From Opitutales bacterium (GTDB lineage Bacteria; Verrucomicrobiota; Verrucomicrobiia; Opitutales; PNEW01): a stretch of DNA of 64,000 bases. Numbering within the stretch: position 1 is the stretch's first letter; every line of letters starts with the position of its first letter. Positions 52,258 through 62,482 of this stretch are shown piece by piece. The position numbers and the translations under genes were made by a program. A model generated the notes under the pieces. It saw only the letters and a list, made by a program, of their open reading frames with translations, searched no databases and was not told where the DNA came from. The stretch covers positions 1,152,001 through 1,216,000 of the forward strand of contig CBDANS010000007.1 in NCBI GenBank assembly GCA_965197745.1, read 5' to 3'.

Positions 52258-52623
52258 TAAGTTAGTTTAAGATGAAATGGATCATCAATTAATAGGATAA
52301 TTCTGTAAGTTGCTTTAGAAAAATAAAGCGGTTATCGGTTAAAAATCTAACTTTCAAAAGGGGCGTGCGCTATTTATTGAATACCCCCTCTGATAGAAAT
52401 AACTGGCAATATACCAGAGTCAAAAAATAACCGTAAGCGTCAATATCGGTAAATTCTCAACAGGCGTCAAACAATAAAAAAAATTAGATATATCCATTAT
52501 AAGGTATTGTTTATCGGTCGTCACTGGCTCTTATGCCTGGAGTTAATTGATGGGCAAGTTCCCAATACCCGGGTTCATAAAATGTCAATTATAGAGCCAC
52601 TCACAAAATAATCATTATCCCTA

Positions 52624-53814
52624 TTGTATTACTGCTTCAAACTTGACATAATCATCTTCAATGAAAGGATTCCCGAAAATATCATCCCATCTTGTAGAAA
52701 TCTATTGAAATTCTATCTCAAGCTCTCGTTCATCTTCATTTTGCTCTACCTGTTTTTGCTTAGTATTGGAATGATGGGGACATCATTTAAAATGCTGGGT
52801 GCAGACTCCTCTGAAGGTATATTACGCACGGCAACAGCGAATCCGTTCATTGGGCTACTGATTGGGATTTTTACCACAAGTTTAGTTCAATCGTCATCCA
52901 CGGTCTCGGCAATGGTTGTAGCTATCGTAGCTAGTGGCTCACTGGATGTTGGCGGGGCAGTACCCATCATAATGGGTGCTAACATTGGGACTACGGTAAC
53001 CAATACCCTGGTATCGCTAAGTCATGTTAGGCAAAATCACGAATTTCGCCGCGCATTTGCCGCCGCTACGATTCATGATTTATTCAATCTCTTTACCGTT
53101 GTCATATTATTTCCCCTCGAAATTACCACCCATTTTATTGAAAAGACGGCTTCTTATACCGCTACATTTGTACAGGGGGCGGAGGGTTGGAAATTCAGCA
53201 ACCCGGTAAAAGCAATTACCAGGCCGATAATAAATTTGTGTAAAGATACTTTGAATGTGCTGACCGGGAACGAATATATAACAGTATGGATACTCCTGGC
53301 TCTTTCCTTGCTCCTTTTATTTGGATGCCTGGTGCTTCTTACCAGGACTTTAAAATCGATGATGCTCGATAAGCTGGAGCTTCTTTTTGACCGCTTTATT
53401 GGCAGAAGCGCTTTGATCGGGATGGGTTTAGGGGTGGTAATGACTATTCTCGTGCAATCTTCATCGATCACCACCTCACTCCTGGTTCCTATGGCAGGGG
53501 CAGGGCTTTTAACCTTGCGGCAAATATTCCCGGTTACGCTGGGCGCTAATATAGGAACAACGATAACCGCACTTTTGGCAACCTTAGGGACCACAGAACT
53601 CGCGAATGCAGCGCTCACCATTGCGCTCTGTCACTTATATTTCAATATCTTTGGAATAGGTATCATTTATCCCTTTGAAAAAATCCGGAATATTCCCTTG
53701 TATTCTGCTGAACGAATAGCAGATTTAGCTGTGAAATCTAAAAAAATAGCAGCTATTTATTTAATCGGTATATTTTTTATGATTCCAGGACTTATTGTAT
53801 TAATTACCCTGTAA
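52624..53814 (+). CDS. Na+/phosphate cotransporter (NptA / SLC34-like)
   Basis: Two QSSS and GANIGTT repeats, ATIHDLFN; the true start may be TTG 52705. Confidence 0.92.
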   Translation: MYYCFKLDIIIFNERIPENIIPSCRNLLKFYLKLSFIFILLYLFLLSIGMMGTSFKMLGADSSEGILRTATANPFIGLLIGIFTTSLVQSSSTVSAMVVAIVASGSLDVGGAVPIIMGANIGTTVTNTLVSLSHVRQNHEFRRAFAAATIHDLFNLFTVVILFPLEITTHFIEKTASYTATFVQGAEGWKFSNPVKAITRPIINLCKDTLNVLTGNEYITVWILLALSLLLLFGCLVLLTRTLKSMMLDKLELLFDRFIGRSALIGMGLGVVMTILVQSSSITTSLLVPMAGAGLLTLRQIFPVTLGANIGTTITALLATLGTTELANAALTIALCHLYFNIFGIGIIYPFEKIRNIPLYSAERIADLAVKSKKIAAIYLIGIFFMIPGLIVLITL

Positions 53815-53835
53815 CTTAAGCGAAAGGACAATCTG

Positions 53836-54504
53836 ATGCTGAAACAACTCCTCTCAATCTGGCAAGAAGACAACCTCCTCTCAAAATCAGATGAGCAATT
53901 CAATGGGATGTTAATTTCTCTGCGGACGATGTTCGATTCGACGATGGAATACATATGGAAGTACGAAGAGGGAAAATCGGCGCAGGGAATTTATGATGAA
54001 GATATCGAAATCAATAAATCCGAGCGAAAAATTCGAAAGCGGATTATTGAGCATCTAAGCATTCAACCCGGTGTCGGTGTGAGCCAGTGTCTGATATTGA
54101 TGAGTATCGGAAAAGATGCTGAGCGCATCGGAGATTATTGTAAGAACCTGTTGGAAGTAGTCGTTAACTATGGGAAGCCTTTCAAGACGGATAGCTACAC
54201 GGATGCGCTTAAAAAGATGCAAATTGAAATCGATGAAATGTTCACTAAAACAATTGAATGCCTGCGTAAAGACAGCCTGGAAATCGCCAATGATGTTCAT
54301 GAAAAGGCAACAGGGCTGAACAAGGAATGCGAACAATATATTTTAAAGCTCTATGACAGTGAAGGGCTGGATGTTCGTTCAGCGATATCCTATGTGCTGA
54401 TTTTTCGCTTCTTAAAGCGTATTATCAGTCATCTTGGAAATATTTCTACTTCTGTGTCGATGCCCGTTCACAAGCTCGACTACTTTGATGAGAAATTACT
54501 GTGA
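53836..54504 (+). CDS. PhoU-domain protein
   Basis: D..IN..ER.IR, KDAERIGDY.KN, FLKRI.SH..NI; follows the Na/Pi transporter. Confidence 0.85.
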   Translation: MLKQLLSIWQEDNLLSKSDEQFNGMLISLRTMFDSTMEYIWKYEEGKSAQGIYDEDIEINKSERKIRKRIIEHLSIQPGVGVSQCLILMSIGKDAERIGDYCKNLLEVVVNYGKPFKTDSYTDALKKMQIEIDEMFTKTIECLRKDSLEIANDVHEKATGLNKECEQYILKLYDSEGLDVRSAISYVLIFRFLKRIISHLGNISTSVSMPVHKLDYFDEKLL

Positions 54505-54561
54505 TTGCCTTCAGGATAAAATTTTTTTTACAGCGTTGAGAAATAGATAGCGGAAATAGTA

Positions 54562-55320
54562 ATGATCGTATTTATAGCAGGTATGCCTCGTTCAGGATCA
54601 ATGTGGGTCTATAATGTGACAAGGGCCTTAATCAGGTCCTGTGGAAAAATACCAGTCCCCGAAAATATGCCGCCTGATGACGAAAGTCGCATTAATAATG
54701 CATTTAAGATCCAACTTGGAGATAATGAAGTTTATATAATAAAAACGCATAAGGTGCTGAAACCAGGCTTACCCGGAGTGAAAATAATTTACACCTATCG
54801 AGATGTACGGGACGCGATGTTATCCTATATGTGATTTATGCATTGTGGGTTTGATCGGGGTATTAAAAGTGTGAAAGGGAATATGCAATTAACCGATTTC
54901 TATTTTGAAAAACACTCCCAAAATATAGTCCGGATCAGATACGATGAAATTATATTAAATCCGGTTAAGGTCATTAATGAAATTGGAGAAGTAATAAATT
55001 GTGTTGTTGGAAAAGAGAGGGCTGAGACTATAGCCGATCAACATTCCAGGGAAAACGTGAAAAAGATTATAAAATCACTGGAGGACGTAGCGATAAGTGA
55101 TTCGGGCGATTTTCAAGATTCCCGGCAAAGTAGCGAATTTGAGGCAGTTAAAAATCTGGATGGTGGATTTCGTATAATCGATAAAAAAACCAGATTTCAA
55201 ACTAATCATATAACCTCTAAGAAAGAAGGGGAGTGGCGTGAGTTTTTATCTGAAGAACAGAAAGAGATACTTATGAATACTTCCTCTGCATGGTTAAATC
55301 GCTATAATTTTCCTCTGTGA
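54562..55320 (+). pseudogene. Sulfotransferase-family gene interrupted by in-frame TGA (54832-54834)
   Basis: GMPRSGS 5'-PSB, IKTH, YRDVRDAMLS 3'-PB, RYDE, G.WRE.LS; both halves are in one frame (252 codons). Confidence 0.8.
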
Positions 55321-55747
55321 TGGTGGAAGATAAGCGGCTTCAATGACCCTCTTTCCAGGGCTAGAAACAAGACAGCTCGATTTTTTTCTTTAACGGGCGC
55401 GTTTCTTTTTGGGAGTGAAAGTCAACTGTTTTTCTGAGTGCTTTGTCTGCAAAGTCAGGTTTTGATCTATATCGAAATAAATGGTGTATTGAAAGTAGAC
55501 GATATCCGTAGATGACATGAAAAATATATTGGACAAGAACTTTCCTCAATATTGGAAGCATTACCTACTGCAAAGTTTTTATGCGACGATAGCAGTATCC
55601 ATTGTCTTGCTGGTATTGGAGATGCAGAATGTCGTTGTCGTAGCGTCCATCGGTGCAAGCGCTTTTATAATATTTTCGGTAATTAATAGATTAGGGCTTG
55701 ACAAAATGGATAAGATTCACAAGCTTAGGATAAAAGGAGAAAATAAA

Positions 55748-56617
55748 ATGAACCTAATATCCGTATTAAAAAAATATCCTACTCAACAAGCTTGCATCGA
55801 CCATTTAGAGGTTGTCAGGTGGAAAGGAAAACCGTGTTGTCCGCACTGTGAAAGCGATCATGTAGCGCGTAAGAAGGAAAAAAAGAGAGTTGGCCGATGG
55901 AACTGCCACGATTGCCAGAACAGCTTTAACGTGCTTTCAGGGACAGTATTTCAGGGAACTCACGTCCCGCTTCAAAAATGGTTCCTTGCAATTGCGTTGA
56001 TGGTAAATGCAAAGAAAAGCTTATCGAGTTGCCAGTTGGCTCGCGATCTGGAACTAAATCAAATGTCTTGCTGGTATATGCAACAGCGTATTCGTGCGGC
56101 TATAGCAAGCAAGGAGCGTCGTTTCCTGAATGGTGTAGTTGAAATGGACGAAACTTATATCGGTGGGAAGCCACGACGCAGTAAGGACGATGATGACCTT
56201 CCAAAGCGTGGTAGGGGAACCAAGAAAACTCCTGTTATAGGCGCGGTAGAGCGTGGTGGTAAAGTTATAGCCAAAGTTGTCGATGATCTGAGCAGATTTG
56301 GTGTACTACGTTTTATTAACAGCGCAACCGATGCTGATGAGACTATCTTAGTTACCGATGAATTTCCCGCATACAAGATTCTCGATAATCTCTTGGCTAG
56401 GGTCACTATCAATCACAGTGAGAGCTATGTAGACGGTGATGTTCACACCAACTCAATAGAAGGGTTTTGGTCTCACTTGAAACGTGCTTGGTTTGGTCAG
56501 CACCACCATTATAAAAAGCTTTACATGCCTTTATACATCGCTGAGGCATGCTGGAAGTATAATCAACGGGAACGCAATGACGGATTCAGTGCATTCCTTA
56601 ATATGGCGATGAATTGA
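55748..56617 (+). CDS. IS1595-family DDE transposase
   Basis: Zn ribbon CPHC..CHDC, HTH, EMDETYIGG, TDE, HTNSIEGFWSHLKR, Y..E..WKYN.R; AAGGAG RBS. Confidence 0.95.
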   Translation: MNLISVLKKYPTQQACIDHLEVVRWKGKPCCPHCESDHVARKKEKKRVGRWNCHDCQNSFNVLSGTVFQGTHVPLQKWFLAIALMVNAKKSLSSCQLARDLELNQMSCWYMQQRIRAAIASKERRFLNGVVEMDETYIGGKPRRSKDDDDLPKRGRGTKKTPVIGAVERGGKVIAKVVDDLSRFGVLRFINSATDADETILVTDEFPAYKILDNLLARVTINHSESYVDGDVHTNSIEGFWSHLKRAWFGQHHHYKKLYMPLYIAEACWKYNQRERNDGFSAFLNMAMN

Positions 56618-56631
56618 AAGGAATTAATACA

Positions 56632-56951
56632 ATGACAGAAGAAGAGAAAGATCGTGAGATTGGTAAAATGTATCGCGAACATGGAGAACAAAAAAATCAC
56701 TTGAAATGCCTTAGATCAAAGGCAAGATCAATGAAGCAAACTATATAGATGGGGTTAGCAATCTGCTTGACGAGCGTCCCTTTAATTACGCCGTGGGAAG
56801 AGGGAAATTATTGTATTTCGTGCCAGGAACAGGTGGGGCGCGTAAGGAAATTTCTTGGGCTTCCGAAGAAGAACTTTGCCAGCTAATAGAAGAGATTGAT
56901 TCGACGAAGCAGAGAATTGATGAGCTTAAAAATGAGTTGGGTCTAGATTGA
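56632..56951 (+). pseudogene. Frameshifted passenger ORF inside the IS (about 105 aa if repaired)
   Basis: MTEEEKDREIGKMY...KQTI (TAG 56746-56748) continues in the -1 frame as DGVSNLL...ELKNELGLD (TGA 56949-56951); AAGGA RBS. Confidence 0.6.
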
Positions 56952-57352
56952 AGCGCGTATTAAACATCAAGCCCAAATCTATTAATTACCATATTTTCAA
57001 TGCCTAATAGTATAACCGCTAAACCAAGAAATTTAATTGGTGGACACATGATCGGCCTCATCTGCGGTTCATTATTCGCCCTTATTCCTCACGCCTCTTT
57101 CATCGTATTTAACATTGTATACGCATTGGCCGTTGGATCTACTTTTTTTCTTATGGTGACAACTGATACCGAACATCCACCAGCTGCAGGCACCGCCCTG
57201 GGCATAGCACTTGCCGGGTTTTCATTTGATCTCGCTCTAGCTTTGATTACAAGTGTGGCGATACTTGCATCTATCCATTATTTTTTTAAACCGTATTTAA
57301 AAGATTTAGTGTGATCTAAGAAATATAAATTATAAACGTAGAAGGAGACAGA

Positions 57353-58129
57353 ATGAAAACGCTGATATCCATTGGGGCTTTTTATTTTATTACTGGTTGT
57401 GTCATAGCTGCAGTCCATACCCAGGAATTAGATTACGAGCAGGGTGAGACGCAGCTTCGTGGTTATCTTGCCTATGACGACGGTAATGATAAAAAACGTC
57501 CTGGTGTTCTCGTTGTTCATGAATGGTGGGGCTTGAATGATCACGCAAAAAGAAAGGCAGAAGCGCTCGCTAATGAAGGTTATATTGCTTTCGCCCTCGA
57601 TATGTACGGCGAAGGTAAAAACACGGTTCATCCTGAAGAAGCTGGAGAATGGGCGGGTTATATCAGGCAGAATATGGAAATAGGTAAGGAGAGATTTTCA
57701 GCGGCATATCGGTTGCTCCAAAGCCAGGCCTATACAGATGGAAAAAAAATTGCAGCCATCGGGTATTGCTTTGGCGGGACTGTTGTTCTTACCATGGCGC
57801 AATTGAATATTGATTTAAAAGGGGTTGTCAGTTTTCATGGCGGTTTACCAACCGAGAAAATTGCGACAGGTCCGATAAAAGCTAAAATTCTTGTCTGCCA
57901 CGGAGCAGATGATCCCCTTATCTCTCAGGAACAAATCCAGATATTTCAAAATAATATGAGAGAGGCCGGTGCCGACTGGCAATTTATCGCATACGGAGGG
58001 GCAAAACACAGTTTTACCAATCCCGACGCAGACAAGCGGGAACTATCAGCGCTTGGCTATCATCGATCTGCTGATAAGAGATCCTGGAAAGCGATGCTCA
58101 CTTTATTTCAGGAGATTTTTTCGTATTAA
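57353..58129 (+). CDS. Dienelactone hydrolase family protein
   Basis: VVHEWWGLN, GYCFGG nucleophile, SFHG, HGADD, HSFTNP. Confidence 0.92.
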   Translation: MKTLISIGAFYFITGCVIAAVHTQELDYEQGETQLRGYLAYDDGNDKKRPGVLVVHEWWGLNDHAKRKAEALANEGYIAFALDMYGEGKNTVHPEEAGEWAGYIRQNMEIGKERFSAAYRLLQSQAYTDGKKIAAIGYCFGGTVVLTMAQLNIDLKGVVSFHGGLPTEKIATGPIKAKILVCHGADDPLISQEQIQIFQNNMREAGADWQFIAYGGAKHSFTNPDADKRELSALGYHRSADKRSWKAMLTLFQEIFSY

Positions 58130-58193
58130 TCTATTTTGTTTTAACAAGTATTTATAAACATCAAAGGGAAAATAATATGATTATAATGAATTC

Positions 58194-59561
58194 ATGAATA
58201 GAAGTTACGATATTATCGTCATAGGCACAGGTCCCGGCGGCGAAGGAGCAGCGATGAAAGCATCGAAAGAAGGGAAAAATGTCGGCGTAATTGAAAAGTA
58301 CCCAGCAGTTGGTGGCAATTGCACGCACCTAAGTACCATTCCCAGCAAATCCTTGCGTCAATCTGTTCAGCAGCTAAGCGAGCTTGGAAAAGGTAATAGG
58401 GTAAACCACCAGGATCTATTAAAAGCCGCAGAAGCTATTGTAAAGCGTCAGGTTGAATTGCGTAGGGGGTTTTATGAAAGAAATTTAATCGAGGTCTGCC
58501 ATGGTCAAGCTGTGTTTGTGGATGATCATACAGTAGAGGTAAAACTTAATGGAGGGGAGAGTGAGCAGTTAACGGCCGATGGTTTTATTATAGCTACCGG
58601 TGCTCGACCCTATCATCCCGAAAATGTTGATTTCTCTCACCCACGCATTCTCGATAGTGATACGATATTAAGACTTAAAGAAAACCCCCGTTCCCTGACA
58701 ATATATGGCGTCGGAGTGGTGGGGTGTGAATACGCATCCATCTTCAGGAGACTGAAAGTCAAAATCAATTTAATCAATAATCGGGATCAATTGTTGTCCT
58801 ATTTGGATGATGAAATTATTGACGCGTTAAGCTATCAATTGCGTGAACAGGGGGTATTAATCCGACATAACGAGAAGTACGAAAAAGTCAAAGCGGACGA
58901 GGATGGGGTGAGGCTTTTTCTTAAATCTAATAAGCAGATACAGAGCGATTACATACTATGGGCGGAAGGGAGAACCGGTAATTCTGATGGCATGGGATTG
59001 GAATCCATGGGCATTGAAACCGATGAACGTGGTTCAATCGTTATTAATAATAACTACCAGACGTCGAAGAATAATATCTACGCGGTCGGCGATGTCGTTG
59101 GTTATCCCAGTCTCGCCAGTGCGGCCTATGATCAGGGCCGATTTGCCACGACACACCTTATTTATGGTGCGTGCGAAAATCAACTGGTTGAGGATATACC
59201 TACAGGCATATATACTATACCGGAGATCAGCTCCGTCGGTATGAACGAACGCGAGCTCACGGAGAATAAAATATCTTATGAAGTGGGCCATTCATTCTTT
59301 CGCCATTTGGCGAGAGCACAGATTACCGGTCATACTACCGGAATGTTGAAAATTCTATTTCATCGCGAAACTTTAGAAATTCTGGGGATTCACTGCTTTG
59401 GCGCTCAAGCATCGGAAATTATTCATATTGGTCAGGCGATTATGGCACAAAAAGGTGAAGCCAACACCCTTATGTATTTCATTAATACCACCTTTAATTA
59501 TCCGACCATGGCAGAAGCCTACCGCGTTGCTGCCCTGAATGGTCTGAATCGTCTCAGATAA
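58194..59561 (+). CDS. sthA: Soluble pyridine nucleotide transhydrogenase
   Basis: [21 protein letters not shown] (no redox CxxxxC), [36 protein letters not shown]. Confidence 0.94.
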   Translation: MNRSYDIIVIGTGPGGEGAAMKASKEGKNVGVIEKYPAVGGNCTHLSTIPSKSLRQSVQQLSELGKGNRVNHQDLLKAAEAIVKRQVELRRGFYERNLIEVCHGQAVFVDDHTVEVKLNGGESEQLTADGFIIATGARPYHPENVDFSHPRILDSDTILRLKENPRSLTIYGVGVVGCEYASIFRRLKVKINLINNRDQLLSYLDDEIIDALSYQLREQGVLIRHNEKYEKVKADEDGVRLFLKSNKQIQSDYILWAEGRTGNSDGMGLESMGIETDERGSIVINNNYQTSKNNIYAVGDVVGYPSLASAAYDQGRFATTHLIYGACENQLVEDIPTGIYTIPEISSVGMNERELTENKISYEVGHSFFRHLARAQITGHTTGMLKILFHRETLEILGIHCFGAQASEIIHIGQAIMAQKGEANTLMYFINTTFNYPTMAEAYRVAALNGLNRLR

Positions 59562-59677
59562 TTCCCCCATCGCTGAATGTGTATTCTTAAGAATTAAGCG
59601 GTGTTCTAAAATATTATCTGATATCAGAGTGGAAGGAGTGGGGGAATAGTCTTAACCGAATTACCCGTTGTTGTGAA

Positions 59678-60406
59678 ATGGCTGACCGATTTAACACGTG
59701 TATTACAAAAAAGCTTAATGCGCTGCATTCGTTACAAGAGAAGGTAAGGACCATTGGCTATGTGAATAATTTTCCTTTTTACTTTATTCACATTAAAGGG
59801 AATACCGAAGCTCGGAAGAACATATTAATTTCAGCAGGTATCCATGGAGATGAGCCCGCAGGGCCCGCGGCAGTTTTCCAATTTTTAGAAAGAAACAACA
59901 CACATCTTTATGCAGATTTTAATTTCTATATCTTGCCTTGTATTAATCCATTTGGTTTTGAGCATAATAAAAGAGAGAACGCAGAGGGCTTAGATCTCAA
60001 TCGATCACTGGAAAAAGACGATATTACCGAGATCATTTTTATCAAAAATGTGCTCAGGGATCTGCACTTCGATTTCATCATCGATTTTCATGAAGATTGG
60101 GAAGCGGTGGGCTTTTATCTTTATGAAGCGAAGCGCGATGAAGTTTGGATTGGGCCGTCGATTATTGAAAATGTTGAAAAAATAGGGGCCATTGATGAAA
60201 CAGCTTCGGAAAGCGACATTCCTATCTATAGGGGAGGGTCGAAAATCGATCCTTCTTGGGGAACACTGGGGTTTGCTTCTTATTTATACCACTATCATTC
60301 TGATCATGCCATCATCAGTGAATCTCCCACCAGTTGGGACCTCGATAAAAGAACCAACACGCATTTAGCGACATTGGATACCTTAATCGGGAAAGAGCGT
60401 AATTAG
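59678..60406 (+). CDS. M14-family zinc metallocarboxypeptidase (succinylglutamate desuccinylase-like)
   Basis: GIHGDEPAG, PCINP.G...N.R.N..G.DLNR, DFHED. Confidence 0.85.
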   Translation: MADRFNTCITKKLNALHSLQEKVRTIGYVNNFPFYFIHIKGNTEARKNILISAGIHGDEPAGPAAVFQFLERNNTHLYADFNFYILPCINPFGFEHNKRENAEGLDLNRSLEKDDITEIIFIKNVLRDLHFDFIIDFHEDWEAVGFYLYEAKRDEVWIGPSIIENVEKIGAIDETASESDIPIYRGGSKIDPSWGTLGFASYLYHYHSDHAIISESPTSWDLDKRTNTHLATLDTLIGKERN

Positions 60407-60449
60407 TAGAGGTCGTTACCGGTCGTTTGGGCCTTCTTGTATATGAGTT

Positions 60450-60474
60450 ATAAATGCAAATGACTTGCATTTAT
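60450..60474. promoter_or_regulatory. Perfect 10-5-10 inverted repeat, Fur/Zur-family-like operator
   Basis: ATAAATGCAA-ATGAC-TTGCATTTAT ending about 100 nt upstream of the MerC-like gene. Confidence 0.6.
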
Positions 60475-60577
60475 TTTCAGAATTATCTATACCCTCACGA
60501 TTATACTCTATATCAGAAATGAAATAAGACGAATAACAATATAGTTTCATATTCTCTTTTATTTATTGATAAATTAA

Positions 60578-61015
60578 ATGCACGGTAAAACAGACACGCT
60601 ATATTGGCCAAAATTAGATGGGATTGGAATAGGGCTTTCCTTTATTTGTGCCATTCATTGTCTCATAACGCCATTAACTTTGGCTCTCCTGCCGCTAATG
60701 GGTATTCATACTCATGATAATAAATCAATTGAGGCTATAATGGTATTGCTGATAATCATGGTGGGCATTCTTGCCTTGATGAGAGGTTATCTCAATCACA
60801 AGAAATGGCAGGTATTTATTTATTTAACGCTGGGTATTGTCATATTTGTTTTCATAAGGCCTGTGTTCGATAATACCGCATATAATCTTGCCACCCTATT
60901 AGGTGGATTTTCTTTTATGGTTGGGCACTTATACAATTGGAATTGGTGCCGCGCGTGTCCGCTTTGCCGTGAATCAAAGGATCATTGCCAATTATCGAAT
61001 CATCCTCACCGATAA
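60578..61015 (+). CDS. MerC-domain membrane protein
   Basis: LD..GI.LS.ICAIHCL.TP, GY..H, GH..N; His/Cys-rich loop and tail. Confidence 0.8.
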   Translation: MHGKTDTLYWPKLDGIGIGLSFICAIHCLITPLTLALLPLMGIHTHDNKSIEAIMVLLIIMVGILALMRGYLNHKKWQVFIYLTLGIVIFVFIRPVFDNTAYNLATLLGGFSFMVGHLYNWNWCRACPLCRESKDHCQLSNHPHR

Positions 61016-61092
61016 GATTAAGACATAGAACCTGTGGGTATGGTGATTAAGAAGATACTCAATAATTACCCGATATAAGAAATCAGACAGTC

Positions 61093-62448
61093 ATGGGTCA
61101 ACTATTACAGAAGCTTGCTGCACGTGCGGAGTCGGATAACCCGCTCAGGATAGGGCTCATTGGCGCCGGTAAATTTGCAACAACATTTTTGACCTTGGCA
61201 CGTAATCTCAATGGATTACACATCCTGGGAATTGCTGACCTCTCAGTTGATCGCGTATGCAGGGCATTGAGAAATGCTGAGTGGCAAGCAGAACAGTACG
61301 CGGCAACAAGCTTTGATCACGCGCTGAAAACAGGCACAACCTATATGACTGAAGATACAGGGGCTCTTATTGCGGCCGATGGGCCTGAGATAATAGTTGA
61401 AGCGACCGGTAATGCAATGGCTGGAGTTCGACATGGATTGAAGGCGATAGATGAAGGACGGCACCTGATTATGGTCAATGTAGAAGCTGATGCTTTAGCC
61501 GGTCCCCTCTTGTCCGAAAGAGCGAGCGCTTCCGGAATTGTATATAGTCTGGCTTATGGGGACCAGCCAGCATTGATTTGCGAACTGGTAGACTGGGCTC
61601 AAAGCTGTGGATTTGATATCGTATGCGCGGGAAAAGGGACCAAGTATTTACCTGCCTATCATTATTCTACGCCGGATACGGTGTGGGATCACTTCGGGTT
61701 GAGTGAAGAAACAATCCAAGGCGGTGAATTAAATCCAAAGATGTTTAATTCTTTTCTTGATGGAAGCAAATCGGCTATCGAAATGGCGGCGGTGGCCAAT
61801 GCCACGCGCTTACTGCCACCTGAAAATGGTCTACAGTTCCCTCCCTGTAATATTGAGAATCTGCCTAATATATGTCGACCGCAAGCTAAGGGGGGAGAGC
61901 TGGCGCACAGTGGAACGGTTGAAGTGGTCTCATCTTTGGAGCGAGACGGTCGACCAATAGAAAACCACTTGCGCTGGGGTGTTTATGTTACTTTTGAAGC
62001 ATCGAGTGAATATGTAAGACGCTGTTTTTCCGAGTATGGCCTTCTTACCGATACCACCGGATGTTATGCGACCATGTACCGCCCCTACCATCTCATTGGC
62101 TTGGAGTTACAGATAAGTGTACTAAATGTGGGATTGCAAGGTGAAGCGACGGGTTCAGCAGTTGCCTTTAAAGGAGATGTTATAGCGACTGCAAAAAGGG
62201 ATCTTGTGGCAGGAGAAATTTTAGATGGAGAAGGCGGTTATTGTGTTTACGGTAAACTCACGACGGCGGAAGCGGCCCTTAAGACAGAATTGCTTCCCAT
62301 CGGATTAGCGCATAAAGTAAAACTAAGAAATGGGCTGTCATCAGGTCAGCCTTTGCGATGGTCAGACATCTCTATTGATGAAAATGACACTGTTGTAAAA
62401 TTTCGTAGAGAGATGGAAAAAAGAGCAGGAGCAAATACAGACAAATGA
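61093..62448 (+). CDS. NAD(P)-dependent oxidoreductase with C-terminal SAF domain (homoserine dehydrogenase-like)
   Basis: GLIGAGKF, VEATG, VNVEAD, GDQP, DG.K.AIEM, RPYHL.GLE, AKRDL..GE.LDGEGGY. Confidence 0.88.
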   Translation: MGQLLQKLAARAESDNPLRIGLIGAGKFATTFLTLARNLNGLHILGIADLSVDRVCRALRNAEWQAEQYAATSFDHALKTGTTYMTEDTGALIAADGPEIIVEATGNAMAGVRHGLKAIDEGRHLIMVNVEADALAGPLLSERASASGIVYSLAYGDQPALICELVDWAQSCGFDIVCAGKGTKYLPAYHYSTPDTVWDHFGLSEETIQGGELNPKMFNSFLDGSKSAIEMAAVANATRLLPPENGLQFPPCNIENLPNICRPQAKGGELAHSGTVEVVSSLERDGRPIENHLRWGVYVTFEASSEYVRRCFSEYGLLTDTTGCYATMYRPYHLIGLELQISVLNVGLQGEATGSAVAFKGDVIATAKRDLVAGEILDGEGGYCVYGKLTTAEAALKTELLPIGLAHKVKLRNGLSSGQPLRWSDISIDENDTVVKFRREMEKRAGANTDK

Positions 62449-62482
62449 TTAACCTCACAAATGGATTAGCTAATAATGAAAT

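Larger units (their letters stand above)
55678..56990 (+). mobile_element. IS1595-family insertion sequence, 1313 bp, with passenger ORF
   Basis: TIRs GGTAATTAATAGATT[A/T]GGGCTTGA (23/24 match); 8-bp TSD ATATTTTC at 55670-55677 and 56991-56998. Confidence 0.95.
55517..57314 (+). pseudogene. HPP-family membrane protein gene disrupted by an IS1595-family element
   Basis: Removing the IS and one TSD copy restores ...ASIGASAFIIFS-MPNSITAKPRNLIGGH...TEHPPAAGTAL... Confidence 0.9.

Noticed and set aside
55517..56617. The 366-aa ORF as a natural long transposase
   Set aside because: The TIR and TSD lie inside it; the native transposase starts at ATG 55748 with its own RBS
56690..56748. Programmed -1 frameshift expressing the IS passenger via the A7 run
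   Set aside because: The -1 frame has a TAG at 56712-56714 downstream of the A run, and the usable overlap 56715-56748 has no canonical slippery heptamer
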